Virus record (IMG/VR): IMGVR_UViG_3300035034_001897
Span: 1-64,000 of that record
Origin: a virus
DNA: 64,000 nt
Direction: 5' to 3' (one strand)
The first letter of the stretch is position 1, and each line of letters begins with the position of its first letter. Under the pieces are notes generated by a model that had not been told where the DNA came from, searched no databases, and saw nothing but the letters and a program-made list of their open reading frames with translations. A program made the position numbers and the translations under genes. Shown one piece after another: positions 36,817 through 47,636 of this stretch.

Positions 36817-37616
36817 TGGGAGGTAAATCAAATAACTCATCAATAATACTAACTCAATCAGCTCCTGATACGAAAGGAACTGCGAGAGTGGATTTGCGCA
36901 AAAGAGACTTTGATGCACTAATTTGGGGAAAATCTTATGAAGTATATATAGATAAAGCTATCAAATGTCCGTGTCGCAATGTAAAGGACGGACAAGCTCT
37001 TTCTGCTTGTAAGAACTGTGGAGGTAGTGGATGGCTTTATATTAATAGAAGAGAAAGCAGATCAACTCTCCAATCAATGAACGTTGACACTAAATTTAAG
37101 GAGTGGAGTCAAGAGATGGTTGGGACAGCTAAAATGAGTTTCCTAAACAAAGAATCGCTGCAATATATGGATAGAGTCACTATTCGCAACGCAGTGATAG
37201 GTACACAACAAAACGTAATTTGTACTCAAATTGAGCAGTCGTTGAGAGCGAGAACTATATATCCTATTAAAGAAGTAGAGGAAATTTTTCTATTTGAATC
37301 GACAGACAAGCCTCTAATCAAACTTGAAGTTGATGTAGATTACACAATTGAGAACAATAATTGGATCAAATTAGATGATAAATATGTTAACACTGAACAT
37401 CCAACAATCTCTATACGATACAATCATAACCCTCAATATCATATATTAGAGCTTACACGAGCTACAATGACTTCAATAGAGAAAAGAGACGGAGTAGACG
37501 TTGATAGCGCAATGCCTTTATCAGCTATGGTAAGGTTATGTCACTATGTGATAGATGAGCAAAACTTTACAAACAACTTTCTATTAGACAATTCATATCA
37601 AAACGACTGTGAGTGA
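36816..37616 (+). CDS. Neck/head closure protein
   Basis: CPC...CKNCGGSGW; synteny. Confidence 0.6.
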   Translation: MGGKSNNSSIILTQSAPDTKGTARVDLRKRDFDALIWGKSYEVYIDKAIKCPCRNVKDGQALSACKNCGGSGWLYINRRESRSTLQSMNVDTKFKEWSQEMVGTAKMSFLNKESLQYMDRVTIRNAVIGTQQNVICTQIEQSLRARTIYPIKEVEEIFLFESTDKPLIKLEVDVDYTIENNNWIKLDDKYVNTEHPTISIRYNHNPQYHILELTRATMTSIEKRDGVDVDSAMPLSAMVRLCHYVIDEQNFTNNFLLDNSYQNDCE

Positions 37617-38374
37617 TAGATTTAAACATAGATACTAGTGAACTATCAGCAGAATTCAATCTAACAAAGCAAGAAGTTGACGGACTACTTACTTATAGTG
37701 TAGATGAAGTCTCAGCTCAGTTCGCTCAACAATGGGCAACAGAAGTTAAGTCAAGTTTAGCTAGCACTAGAAGTCAATATATTAACGCAATAATAATATC
37801 TAAAAGAGATCAATTTACAAATGTAGTGTATCTCAATCCAGCTAGTTGGTTAGCAAATGCAATAGAAATGGGAGCTAGTGCATTTGATATGAAGAAAGGA
37901 CTTCTTGCATCTAAAAAAGTAAAATACACTAAAAAGGGGAAGCCTTACATTACAGTACCTTTTAGATTTGCAACTCCTGATGCGATAGGAGAAAATGGAG
38001 CTTTTTCAGGAGTAATGCCTCAAGCAGTATATAAATCTGTTAAAAATCAAGCACCTAAACAATCTTTATCGTTGAACAGTATACCTTCTCAATATCAAAT
38101 TCCTAAGAATATTGGAATACGAAAACAAGTCAAGAGTGGTAACTTTAAAAACTTAACTGCAAAAACTAAGATGACTTCAATTTATGAAGGAATGCAAAAA
38201 AGTAAAGGAGGGTATGTTACTTTTAGAAGAGTTAGTTTGAGTAGTGATGCACAAAGTTGGAATCATCCAGGTTTTGAAGCAAGAGATTTTGCTGGAACAG
38301 CGCTTAACAATCTCAACATTCCTCAAATAGTAGACGTATCAATCGATAGTTATTTATCGCAATTAGGATTTTAA
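37613..38374 (+). CDS. Neck/tail completion protein
   Basis: FDMK, ITVPFR, YVTFRRVS and WNHPG motifs; synteny. Confidence 0.55.
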   Translation: MIDLNIDTSELSAEFNLTKQEVDGLLTYSVDEVSAQFAQQWATEVKSSLASTRSQYINAIIISKRDQFTNVVYLNPASWLANAIEMGASAFDMKKGLLASKKVKYTKKGKPYITVPFRFATPDAIGENGAFSGVMPQAVYKSVKNQAPKQSLSLNSIPSQYQIPKNIGIRKQVKSGNFKNLTAKTKMTSIYEGMQKSKGGYVTFRRVSLSSDAQSWNHPGFEARDFAGTALNNLNIPQIVDVSIDSYLSQLGF

Positions 38375-38375
38375 T

Positions 38376-39050
38376 ATGGCACTAATTATTCCAGAAGTTC
38401 AGTTATGCACAATCATAGATGCATTATTGAAACACATTAAGTTAGATTTTGAAGCAAAGGTAGTTACGCCTGAGAAGTCTTTACTATATAATTATTTCAA
38501 TGGAATTGTTGACCATAAAAAAGATTACTATAAAGAGGCTGTAGATTTATTTACTAGAGAAGCAGATCATCCTAGACTAATAGAAACGAGATTAGCATTC
38601 GATGCAGAGCGAGCTAAAATTCCTACAATACATATTACTATGCCTAGCGATCAAACTGGTCAAAATAGCTTAGGAATAGGAGAGTCGGGAATGGCAGATT
38701 ATGTTAATTATATTGATGGTGAGGTTAGTGTTGAATATGAAAGAAGATTTGATACTCAATATCAAATTGTATGCACATCTGATCAACATTCAGAAGTGAT
38801 GTTGATGTATCATTTGGTTAGAGCTGGATTAATTAGTATATTAGACACTTTCTCATTAACTGGATTAGAAGATCCAAAATTGTCGGGTCAAGAATTAAAA
38901 ATAAATCCTGATTTAATGCCATCTCATATATTTATGAGAGCGATTGGAGTAAGTTTTTCTTACGAAATTAAAGTATCTAGGTGGTGGAATGAGGATATAA
39001 TAAACGATCTTTGTTTAGATCAAAATCAAATATACGATAATGAGCAATAA
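38376..39050 (+). CDS. Tail terminator/completion protein
   Basis: Position just before the sheath. Confidence 0.5.
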   Translation: MALIIPEVQLCTIIDALLKHIKLDFEAKVVTPEKSLLYNYFNGIVDHKKDYYKEAVDLFTREADHPRLIETRLAFDAERAKIPTIHITMPSDQTGQNSLGIGESGMADYVNYIDGEVSVEYERRFDTQYQIVCTSDQHSEVMLMYHLVRAGLISILDTFSLTGLEDPKLSGQELKINPDLMPSHIFMRAIGVSFSYEIKVSRWWNEDIINDLCLDQNQIYDNEQ

Positions 39051-39279
39051 TAAAATCACAGTAAAGGAGTATGTGAGAGTAAATGGATACTCAGATGCAT
39101 CGACTCTATATGTAATTGGGAAAAAGTACAGTAAAGATACAGTCAAAACATCTAAACAATGGGAGAGTCAATTGCTGAAAGATAAGGTCATAGATAAGAC
39201 TTCATCTGTAGTTGAAGAAGAGATTGTAGATGTAGTTGAAGAAAAAACTCCCTTAAAGCAAAGCGAATCTGCAAAATAA
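39040..39279 (+). CDS. Small hypothetical protein
   Basis: ORF track. Confidence 0.55.
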   Translation: MSNNKITVKEYVRVNGYSDASTLYVIGKKYSKDTVKTSKQWESQLLKDKVIDKTSSVVEEEIVDVVEEKTPLKQSESAK

Positions 39280-39308
39280 TTTTTATTTTTAGCAAAAATT
39301 AAACCTCT

Positions 39309-40940
39309 ATGGCAACTCAACATAATTTTAATGGTAGAATCATTAAACTACCTGGATCTTATTCAGAAACTAAATCTGGGATAAATAATCCACCAGTACA
39401 GACTACTTACGGAAATGTAATCATCATTGACGATAATGCAACCAATCCTTATGGAGGTGGTGCTGGAATTGATGGTCAAGGAGAAAATGGCGAAGGTTCT
39501 GTATATGGCTTCGATAACATTAGAGATCTACGTGAATTTGTCGGAGGAGGAGTGTTGTGGGATTTAGCGGCACCACTATTCAAGCCATTTGGATCTGGAT
39601 CTAATGGAGCTAGTAAAGTGTATGTAGTTAGAGCACTAACTACAACACAAGCGTCTTATGATCTAGCTCTTACCGGAGGAACGATTACATTAAAAGTAAA
39701 GCACGAAGGTTTGGTAGGTAATGGAGTTGAAGGAGTAACTGATCAACTAACACAAGGATTCGCAATTACAATGGAAGCTGGAGTAGTTGACTCGACTAAA
39801 TTTAGATTTAAGTTCTGGAGAGGAACTTATAAAGGACTAGATTCAGAAGGGAATATTTTAGATAATCTTTCACAACAAGATTCTGCACCAAAATTAATCA
39901 CGACTTCAAGAGAAGTATCAACTTTAACTGAACTTAAAGAGTGGGCAGCGATAGATTTCGATTTCGGAAACAATTTCGATATATCTGCTGATGCAATTAC
40001 GTCAGACACCATAATCGCAGCAGACTTAACAACAACAAGCGGTAATCAATTGTTTGCTGGAGCTACTCAGACTGCTAGTGTAGCAGCAATGCAAAGTACA
40101 CTTGACAGTATTAAAAAAACAGACTATACATTTACATTATCACTTGACAGTGAGGCAAATATTGCAAGTGCAAATAACTTAAAACAGGTATTTCATCTAC
40201 AAAATGAAGCTAGGTATCAAAAATACTTAATTGTTGGTGGAGGAAATGATAAAAACACTTTTGCTACTCAATCAATTGCGTCAGCAAAAGTGTTTAATAC
40301 TACTAGAGTGATTGTTGTTCACGGAGGATGTCTTGTTGAAGATGGATTGAGATTGAGAAAAAAGAATTCTTTATATAAAGCAGCGCTTGTCTTAGGTAGA
40401 ACTTGCGGATTAGAGCCACAAATACCAATTACATTTAAAGGACTTGCAATTGCTGGAGAAATTCACAAAATGACAGATAAGGAGCGTACAGTTGCACTAG
40501 ATGCAGGTGTATTAACAACTTATTTTGACAGTGAGTTGAATGATGGAGGATTGTTTGCAATTACGCAAGGAATCAATACACTGCAAAATAACAGCAATGT
40601 CGTTAATAGCGATGGAACCTCACACTTAGTGTCTGTAGAAAGAATTGCTGCTTCATTAAATAAATCGATTGAAGTCAATTCAAAAAAGAAGCTATTAGGA
40701 AATCAAAGTGAAGGACCTAACAGATCTACGTTAAGCACTGAAATTGTTAAAGAGTGGGTTGAAAATCACCTGAGAACAAAAGAAGCTACTCCTACAGTAG
40801 ATAATTTAATTATCAGTTGGAAAGATGTTACAGTAACAGTAGAACAAGACGCTTATAAGATTAGATACGCATTTGAACCAAACTTTGAAGTAAACAAACT
40901 ATTTTTCACTGGATTGATTATCGATCCAAACATATCATAA
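39309..40940 (+). CDS. Contractile tail sheath protein
   Basis: LPGSYS N-terminus, ITFK, QGINT, 543 aa, precedes tube. Confidence 0.85.
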   Translation: MATQHNFNGRIIKLPGSYSETKSGINNPPVQTTYGNVIIIDDNATNPYGGGAGIDGQGENGEGSVYGFDNIRDLREFVGGGVLWDLAAPLFKPFGSGSNGASKVYVVRALTTTQASYDLALTGGTITLKVKHEGLVGNGVEGVTDQLTQGFAITMEAGVVDSTKFRFKFWRGTYKGLDSEGNILDNLSQQDSAPKLITTSREVSTLTELKEWAAIDFDFGNNFDISADAITSDTIIAADLTTTSGNQLFAGATQTASVAAMQSTLDSIKKTDYTFTLSLDSEANIASANNLKQVFHLQNEARYQKYLIVGGGNDKNTFATQSIASAKVFNTTRVIVVHGGCLVEDGLRLRKKNSLYKAALVLGRTCGLEPQIPITFKGLAIAGEIHKMTDKERTVALDAGVLTTYFDSELNDGGLFAITQGINTLQNNSNVVNSDGTSHLVSVERIAASLNKSIEVNSKKKLLGNQSEGPNRSTLSTEIVKEWVENHLRTKEATPTVDNLIISWKDVTVTVEQDAYKIRYAFEPNFEVNKLFFTGLIIDPNIS

Positions 40941-40944
40941 TATT

Positions 40945-41424
40945 ATGGCAGAGAAAGTATTAACAGCACCACTAGCAATAGTAAAAGTTGACGGGATTAC
41001 AGTAGGTAAAATGCGTAATATCACATGTACAGAGACCTACCGTAGAGGTCGTGTTAGTGGATTAGGAGAGTTAACTCCCCAAGAATTGCCAGCAACAGAA
41101 TGGAATGGCACGATGACTTGTGAATTTTATGAAGTAGATTTCAGTAAAACTGGAATCCCAGAAGGAATTAAGCGTAGAGCTGGTTCACTGCAAGACTTTG
41201 TTGACAACATCTTACTTCAAGAAGAAGGTGTAGACGTTACTATCTATAAAAAAGTTAACGCAGGAACTGACCCTCAAACTGGACTAATTCAAGGAACTTT
41301 AAGAAAGCATGCAACAATTAAAGGATGCTTTATTGATAGAGAAGGATTGAATATAGCAGAAGGTCAGATATCTTCACACAATCAAGACTTTACATACGTA
41401 AACCCTATACTGTTTTCAGTATAA
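40945..41424 (+). CDS. Tail tube protein
   Basis: VSGLGELTPQE motif; 159 aa directly after the sheath. Confidence 0.8.
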   Translation: MAEKVLTAPLAIVKVDGITVGKMRNITCTETYRRGRVSGLGELTPQELPATEWNGTMTCEFYEVDFSKTGIPEGIKRRAGSLQDFVDNILLQEEGVDVTIYKKVNAGTDPQTGLIQGTLRKHATIKGCFIDREGLNIAEGQISSHNQDFTYVNPILFSV

Positions 41425-41442
41425 TAAAAATAGAATCGTAAT

Positions 41443-41835
41443 ATGACAACCCCTAGCACAACGCCTTTAACTATAAACGTTAAAGGCAACAACTACACTG
41501 TAGAGAGAATTACTGTTGGTAATTTGATGGATATTGAAATCATCAAAGCTCAGCTATGTAAAGGTCAATACGGAAGCATCTTATCTAACAGAACTCAATG
41601 GTCAGAATACACGTTAGACAACGTAGATATGTTCGCACATCTAATGTCATTCTTTCCAACACTAATTACAGCTCTAAAAGTTGAAAGTTGGGAGCAGTTA
41701 GATCCATTTGACGTTGAAGAGTTAAAGAAAATATATCAAGAAGAATTTGTTGTTTGGTTCAAGAATTTCTCTCAAGTGTTGAAAAACCCAAAAGGAGAAG
41801 ACAAAGCTGAACAAAATGAATCTACTGCAAAGTAA
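41443..41835 (+). CDS. Tail assembly chaperone
   Basis: Position between tube and tape measure. Confidence 0.55.
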   Translation: MTTPSTTPLTINVKGNNYTVERITVGNLMDIEIIKAQLCKGQYGSILSNRTQWSEYTLDNVDMFAHLMSFFPTLITALKVESWEQLDPFDVEELKKIYQEEFVVWFKNFSQVLKNPKGEDKAEQNESTAK

Positions 41836-42187
41836 CCCCTCATCTCAAGTAATATCAGATATCCGTCGCTCAATTAAGCGATGGAATGTTCTGTATCCAT
41901 TAGATAAATGGTATAGAGATAAATACAATATTCAATACAATTCAATACAACATCGACAACTAGACGTTATTAACATAAGAGTTGAGTTTGAAGAACACGT
42001 GTTATATGTTGAGTCTATGAGAGAGTTGTCTAGAGAGTCTAATAAAGCTAAGTATAAACCAGGATATGGTGATTGGCTAGTTAAACAAACAATGCAAGAA
42101 GACCTCTCCCAAGAAGAAGTTGAGTATATTTACGATAAAATCGATATCAGTAAACTCGAAGGAGATCCTGACGAAATCAAAATTTAA
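41816..42187 (+). CDS. Second tail assembly chaperone-like protein
   Basis: Position; overlaps the previous ORF. Confidence 0.5.
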   Translation: MNLLQSNPSSQVISDIRRSIKRWNVLYPLDKWYRDKYNIQYNSIQHRQLDVINIRVEFEEHVLYVESMRELSRESNKAKYKPGYGDWLVKQTMQEDLSQEEVEYIYDKIDISKLEGDPDEIKI

Positions 42188-43914
42188 TGAAAAGAGAGAT
42201 AGTTTTTTCAGCTCGTGACAATGGCGTTACGAGTTTTATGGATAAAATGAAGCGATCAGCAGTAGATGTTGGACGTGGAATCTTGCAAGACTCTGTTGAC
42301 CAATCTAGTAGCGCTAAAGAAGCTATCAAAAACTACGAAGCTCAAATTTCATTAATTGAGAAGAAAAATAGACTTCAAAGAGATGCTTCAAGAATTGCTG
42401 CTGAACAAAGTCGAGATCGTAAGATGTCTGGAGCAGACAGTGAACTTGATAGAAAGAAAGCTACAAGTGATTTTAGGTCAGAAGTAAAGGATATAAATTC
42501 AAGTGCAAAAGAGGATCAGTTACAAGTCGAACTTTTAAGAGAGTTAATTAGGACTGTAAAAAACACAGCCAATCAAGAATTACGCTCAGATAGTGTCAAT
42601 TCACAACGAGAATCTGACGATCTAGAAAGATATTTAGGTGATGAAGATTCGTCAGAATTCAGGAATGTAGCGAATAGACTAAGAGATGAGTCTACACCAA
42701 CACAAGATAGTGATAGTAAAGTAAGTTCTAGCAACAATTTAGTTGCTGGTGCTAGTAGTATTGCAAATCAACAAGAAGGTACTGGAGCAATTCAACGTAC
42801 GTTAGATGCAGTAGGAAAAGGTCCTATATTAGGAACAATTGCAGGAATTGTAGCGATTGCAGTAGCTGGATTAAACATAAGAGCACAACGAGAGAAGTCA
42901 GCAGAAAAACTTGCTGGAATGACTGGAATTGATAACAGATCAATTCTCAATTCTCAATTAGGGAGTACAGACTTCTTTAACGGTTACGGTCCAAATACTC
43001 TAGGTGTATCACGAGAAGAATTTTTAGGTCAGTATGTGCCTGGAACTATGCAGGCTAGTGGAACTATGAAGAGTGGTGGGTATAGAGCTATGCGAAATCT
43101 TGAGCTAGAAAAAGCTCTTGGATTAGATGGTGGAACTGCCGACTCAATGACTAGATTAGGTAGGGCAGCTGGAGATCTAGATTCTCATAAAATGGCAAAT
43201 GCTGTATATAGCTCTATGTATGGCACTGGCGCTTTTGGTTCTGATAATAATGATATGACGCGAATGCAAGATTTGCTGTCAGGTCTTACTGGATTTGGAG
43301 AAGGAGAGCTTGCAAGAGCAGGTGTAGTTACTGGAGGAGGAACTTTACAGTTACGTAGAGGGTTAGAGCAATTAGGTGGCAGATTTACTAGAGACGACTA
43401 CTCTCTTCAAACAATGCAAGGGTTGAATGCTGGATTAACTAGTGAGGGATCTCCAGAAGCTCGTGCAATTAAATTTGATGTTCTTAGAAGACAGAATCCT
43501 AATATGAGTATGTTTGAATTGCAAAATCAAATGGATCAAGGGATCAACTCTAAAGGATATTTGCAAGGAATGCTTGACTTTGTTAAAGGCACAGGAGGAG
43601 ATCTAAACTCTCAATCTTTTCTACTTGACGGATTGACTGGAGGTCAGATGAGAGGGAAAGATATTACAAGTATCTTAAAGGGAGATCTATCGTTAGAAGA
43701 GTATGATAAGAAAGATTTAGGAATTAAAGATAGAGCCTACAATTGTACTTCACGAGCGAACGAACAGCTACTAAACTTTACAGAACAGTTCAAAGACTTA
43801 ATGAGTGGCATAGGAGGAGGAGTAGAATCTGCACTAGAAACTTTAAAAGGAATTGACACCACAATGAAAAGTATGGAAAAAGGGATAAATAAATTAGTAG
43901 AAGCAATAAACTAA
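42187..43914 (+). CDS. Tape measure protein
   Basis: FSARDN N-terminus, helical G/A-rich sequence, position. Confidence 0.65.
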   Translation: MKREIVFSARDNGVTSFMDKMKRSAVDVGRGILQDSVDQSSSAKEAIKNYEAQISLIEKKNRLQRDASRIAAEQSRDRKMSGADSELDRKKATSDFRSEVKDINSSAKEDQLQVELLRELIRTVKNTANQELRSDSVNSQRESDDLERYLGDEDSSEFRNVANRLRDESTPTQDSDSKVSSSNNLVAGASSIANQQEGTGAIQRTLDAVGKGPILGTIAGIVAIAVAGLNIRAQREKSAEKLAGMTGIDNRSILNSQLGSTDFFNGYGPNTLGVSREEFLGQYVPGTMQASGTMKSGGYRAMRNLELEKALGLDGGTADSMTRLGRAAGDLDSHKMANAVYSSMYGTGAFGSDNNDMTRMQDLLSGLTGFGEGELARAGVVTGGGTLQLRRGLEQLGGRFTRDDYSLQTMQGLNAGLTSEGSPEARAIKFDVLRRQNPNMSMFELQNQMDQGINSKGYLQGMLDFVKGTGGDLNSQSFLLDGLTGGQMRGKDITSILKGDLSLEEYDKKDLGIKDRAYNCTSRANEQLLNFTEQFKDLMSGIGGGVESALETLKGIDTTMKSMEKGINKLVEAIN

Positions 43915-46715
43915 TGGCATTAGGAATTGATGGTCAAAGATTGATTAAGGGATATGATCGTATCCCTAGTAGCCCTTTTTCTAATCCTAAACCACACTTA
44001 ACGGCATATCAAGATAGTGGAGGAGTGTGGACTATTGGATGGGGACATACTGGAAGTGATGTGTATGAAGGACAGACAATATCTCAACAGCAAGCAGATC
44101 TTCTTTTTACACAAGACGTTAAGCAAAAGGCTGAACGCTTTGTAGATAGGTTCATTACTATAAGATTAAGTCAGAAGCAAAGAGATGCACTAATTAGCTT
44201 CACATATAATGCAGGATCAGGATCTTTACAAAAAAGTGTTATCCGTCAACTAATTAATAAAAATAATCACACTGCAGCAGCAAACGAGTGGTTAACTCAA
44301 AACATTGAGAATAGATTAGGTCAAGAGCAGTCTGGATTGAGATTGAGAAGACAGCAAGAAGCAGCTTTGTATTTAGAAGGAACTTCTGAGGATCAAATGT
44401 CGCAAAGACAAGCTGACAATCTACAAGAACCTATTGAAGAGAAAAATCTAGAGAGTCAAGCTCATATAGTGCCCTACACACATTCACGGGGAAGTGAGCA
44501 AATGACAGTAGATGAGCTACTAAATTCTAAAAAGTTCATAACTTCTGAATTGACAAAAAAAGAAGTTATTGAATTGACTTTTAAAGGGAAAACTAATCAC
44601 AAGAGATTGTTTGAAGCCTTATCTAAACAGGAAAAAAGATCGTTGAATAACGGAAGTGATCAATACAACGATAAGATTGACTATCCAATTATCAGTGGAG
44701 CGACAATTTATTTAAGCTCTGAAAAAATTCAAATAGAGATTACTTATCAGAGTAACATCACTACTCAAAACGTAAACTATAACGAATATTGGCCTAACAT
44801 AATTAAGTCGATTACAAACGATCCAGGATATGTGCCAGCATACGAAAAAAGTAGCAATGCTAGTAGAAGCATTCATCCTCAACTAAGTGTTGTTGTGTGG
44901 TCGAGGGTAAAATATATTGAAAATGGATTTACTGGAGGGTTTATAGATATCACAAAACACGTAAGTAGTGTTAATACAGAATCTTCTGTACAAGTGGGAG
45001 GAAACTTCACAATGCAGATGGGGAATGTAGTTGGAGAGATGAATGAAGATCTTAAATGGGAATCTGTTGGTGATTTAGGAGCAGCAGTAATAGGAAATAT
45101 TAACAAGTCGGTAACGATCGACTCTCAATTCAATGAACATCAAAGAAATCATTCTATATATGAAAAACTAATTCAGCAGAACGATTTAGTATTCATTAGC
45201 TATGAAAAGTTAAAAGTTGAAGATGACACGTCAGTAGCTAAATTATTAGGAGAAAGAAAAAATGGTTGGTTTGATATGATTGGATTAGTCGACTCAGTTG
45301 ATGTAATTACAGACAGTGTTCGCAATGACGTCGATGTAAATATTCGTGGTAGAGATTTAGTAAAAGCGTTAATGGACGATAATAGCTATTTCAATCCATA
45401 TAGTATTGGTCATATAGACAGTTTATATGGAGGAAATATTGGAGATAGATATTTTAATGGAGAATTTAAAAATTTAGCAGCGTTTCTTGCAACCTCTATC
45501 AGGCAAAAAGTTGAATACATAATTCATAGAATAGCGTCAATAGGGTATGTGCCTGACAATGTGTTTGATGAATTTATATCTAAAACTGAAATTACAGAAA
45601 TTACCACAGGAGTTCAGAGTGAAAAAAGTGTTAAAGAAACAAAACCTGCAAAAGGAATTTGGCAGATATGTAAAGTATTTATAGATCAAAGTATATCAGA
45701 TATGAGATTGGCAGACGATAGCATATCAAATCCAGACGGAAGTATAATAGATACATTCAATAAAGTAGCTCAGTATCCCTTCGTTGAATTTATGAGTGAT
45801 ACATATAAGGATAAATTTTATTTAATATTTAGACGCCCACCATTTACTCAACAAGCCTTAGATGAAGTAATTTTAGGATATAATCAACAGCAAGCGTCAC
45901 AGCAAGAAGAAGTTAAATCATCTCCTGAAAGCGATAGAGTTCAAGATGATGAGAGCGATAATGCAAAAGAACCGCTACTAATGCTTCCTCAGATCGAGTT
46001 ATCTGACAACAACTTTCCGATTGCAGTAAACATCTCAGAAGTGGATGTATTGAGTGACAACCTACATACATCAAATGAAGCGTACGCTTGGTACCAAATT
46101 GAGAATAGAGGCAACTTTAGTGGTAATACAGTCACTCTAGGACATATGCCCTCTATATATTTTGATGAATATGCTCAAGTTTTTGGTAATAGAAGAATGA
46201 GTATTGTCTCTAATTATAGTGATTATAAATTTTTTGAACATAAAGATGGGCAGAAAGATCAAGATTTATATGCCGAACAAGGATCTCAACAATTAGCTTA
46301 TCTAGTCGAAATATCAATGTACTTGCCGTTCACAAGACAAGGAACGATCACTATGAACGGAGATCGTAGGATTAAAAAAGGTAATTGGATATTTTATAGA
46401 CCTACTCAAGAATTCTTTTATGTAACGCAAGTTACCAACAACATCTCTATTTCAACTGAAACAATAGATAGAACAACAACAATTCAAGTTGAGAGAGGAA
46501 TGTTGCAGAAATACTTATTAGGTTCAACTGAAACGATAGACGGAGAAGAAGTTGATATTAGCTATTTCAACATTGTAGATATCCCTAAATTCAAGCAAGG
46601 AGTGTATGATACTGTAACGAAAGGAGTTGCAGAAGACAAGTTTGATTACAAAGCTGATATTGCGATAAATAAAAAAGTATTTAATTTCTTTTTACAAAGA
46701 AGACATTTTAAATAA
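43914..46715 (+). CDS. Baseplate hub protein with N-terminal GH24 lysozyme domain
   Basis: AYQDSGGVWTIGWGHT...DALISFTYNAG...GLRLRRQQE; hub-like C-terminal region. Confidence 0.8.
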   Translation: MALGIDGQRLIKGYDRIPSSPFSNPKPHLTAYQDSGGVWTIGWGHTGSDVYEGQTISQQQADLLFTQDVKQKAERFVDRFITIRLSQKQRDALISFTYNAGSGSLQKSVIRQLINKNNHTAAANEWLTQNIENRLGQEQSGLRLRRQQEAALYLEGTSEDQMSQRQADNLQEPIEEKNLESQAHIVPYTHSRGSEQMTVDELLNSKKFITSELTKKEVIELTFKGKTNHKRLFEALSKQEKRSLNNGSDQYNDKIDYPIISGATIYLSSEKIQIEITYQSNITTQNVNYNEYWPNIIKSITNDPGYVPAYEKSSNASRSIHPQLSVVVWSRVKYIENGFTGGFIDITKHVSSVNTESSVQVGGNFTMQMGNVVGEMNEDLKWESVGDLGAAVIGNINKSVTIDSQFNEHQRNHSIYEKLIQQNDLVFISYEKLKVEDDTSVAKLLGERKNGWFDMIGLVDSVDVITDSVRNDVDVNIRGRDLVKALMDDNSYFNPYSIGHIDSLYGGNIGDRYFNGEFKNLAAFLATSIRQKVEYIIHRIASIGYVPDNVFDEFISKTEITEITTGVQSEKSVKETKPAKGIWQICKVFIDQSISDMRLADDSISNPDGSIIDTFNKVAQYPFVEFMSDTYKDKFYLIFRRPPFTQQALDEVILGYNQQQASQQEEVKSSPESDRVQDDESDNAKEPLLMLPQIELSDNNFPIAVNISEVDVLSDNLHTSNEAYAWYQIENRGNFSGNTVTLGHMPSIYFDEYAQVFGNRRMSIVSNYSDYKFFEHKDGQKDQDLYAEQGSQQLAYLVEISMYLPFTRQGTITMNGDRRIKKGNWIFYRPTQEFFYVTQVTNNISISTETIDRTTTIQVERGMLQKYLLGSTETIDGEEVDISYFNIVDIPKFKQGVYDTVTKGVAEDKFDYKADIAINKKVFNFFLQRRHFK

Positions 46716-47635
46716 TGAAGTCAAAAATATTTACTAAAAAGGTTTACAGGCACATCAGTCAAAGTGCAAACATAAAGCCAGATCAAGATAGATCTGAAAG
46801 TGGCTTTGCATATACCATAATTCCGGTAGATATTGATAGAGACGATTACTTAAAATCTGTATATCAGACAGGATATGCAATGGTGATTACTAGAGACAAT
46901 GAAGTGTATAGAGATGTATTAATTCCTAGACATTTAATAGATGTAATTTCTTTTCCACAAAATCCTGGTGAATATGGAGATTTAATTAGTTGGATCAACT
47001 CAAAAACGCATAATCAGCTTAGTATGGTTGGTATTTTTAATAAGCCAGGACAGTATCATCCTTACCTAGAGAACATCTTTACTGAAAGATTTAAGTCTGA
47101 CAGCTTTGAAATCATTAGATCAATCGACGGAGACGTTCCTTTATATTTAATATCTGTTGATGGCGAAGATGAAGAGAGTGGTGGAATAGAGCTAAAGGCT
47201 AAAAACAAAGACACTACCTCAAGAGTGAGAATAAATGTTGATGGAACAATTAATGTAGTAGCTGACAACACTATTGATTTTACAATTGAGAATAAATTGC
47301 AAATTCAATTAGGAACAGAAGAAGGAAAGGTATCGACGTTATCGATTGCAGTGGATGGAGGATTAGAGTATAAAGATCAGTTTGGCAACGTCTTACAAAT
47401 TATTGATGGAGAGAGTAATCTCAAAACACCTAAAGTTAATTTAGGTAAAGCTAATCAAAGTATGATGTTAGGTGATACTTGGAAAAATCTTGAATCAGCA
47501 ATAATTGATGCGATAGGAAAGATTACAGTCCCAACAGCATTAGGTCCATCTGGAGTTCCTATAAATACACCAGAATTTATAGCAATCAAACAACAATTAA
47601 AAACAGCACTATCTAAAGCGCAAAAAGTAGAATAG
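46715..47635 (+). CDS. Baseplate spike (gpV/gp5-like)
   Basis: Beta-repeat C-terminus, GPSGVPIN, position. Confidence 0.55.
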   Translation: MKSKIFTKKVYRHISQSANIKPDQDRSESGFAYTIIPVDIDRDDYLKSVYQTGYAMVITRDNEVYRDVLIPRHLIDVISFPQNPGEYGDLISWINSKTHNQLSMVGIFNKPGQYHPYLENIFTERFKSDSFEIIRSIDGDVPLYLISVDGEDEESGGIELKAKNKDTTSRVRINVDGTINVVADNTIDFTIENKLQIQLGTEEGKVSTLSIAVDGGLEYKDQFGNVLQIIDGESNLKTPKVNLGKANQSMMLGDTWKNLESAIIDAIGKITVPTALGPSGVPINTPEFIAIKQQLKTALSKAQKVE

Positions 47636-47636
47636 A

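Noticed and set aside
41780-41835. Programmed -1 frameshift between the tail chaperones
   Set aside because: The second ORF is in the +1 frame, G-AAA-AAC is not a full slippery heptamer, and the ORF has its own ATG
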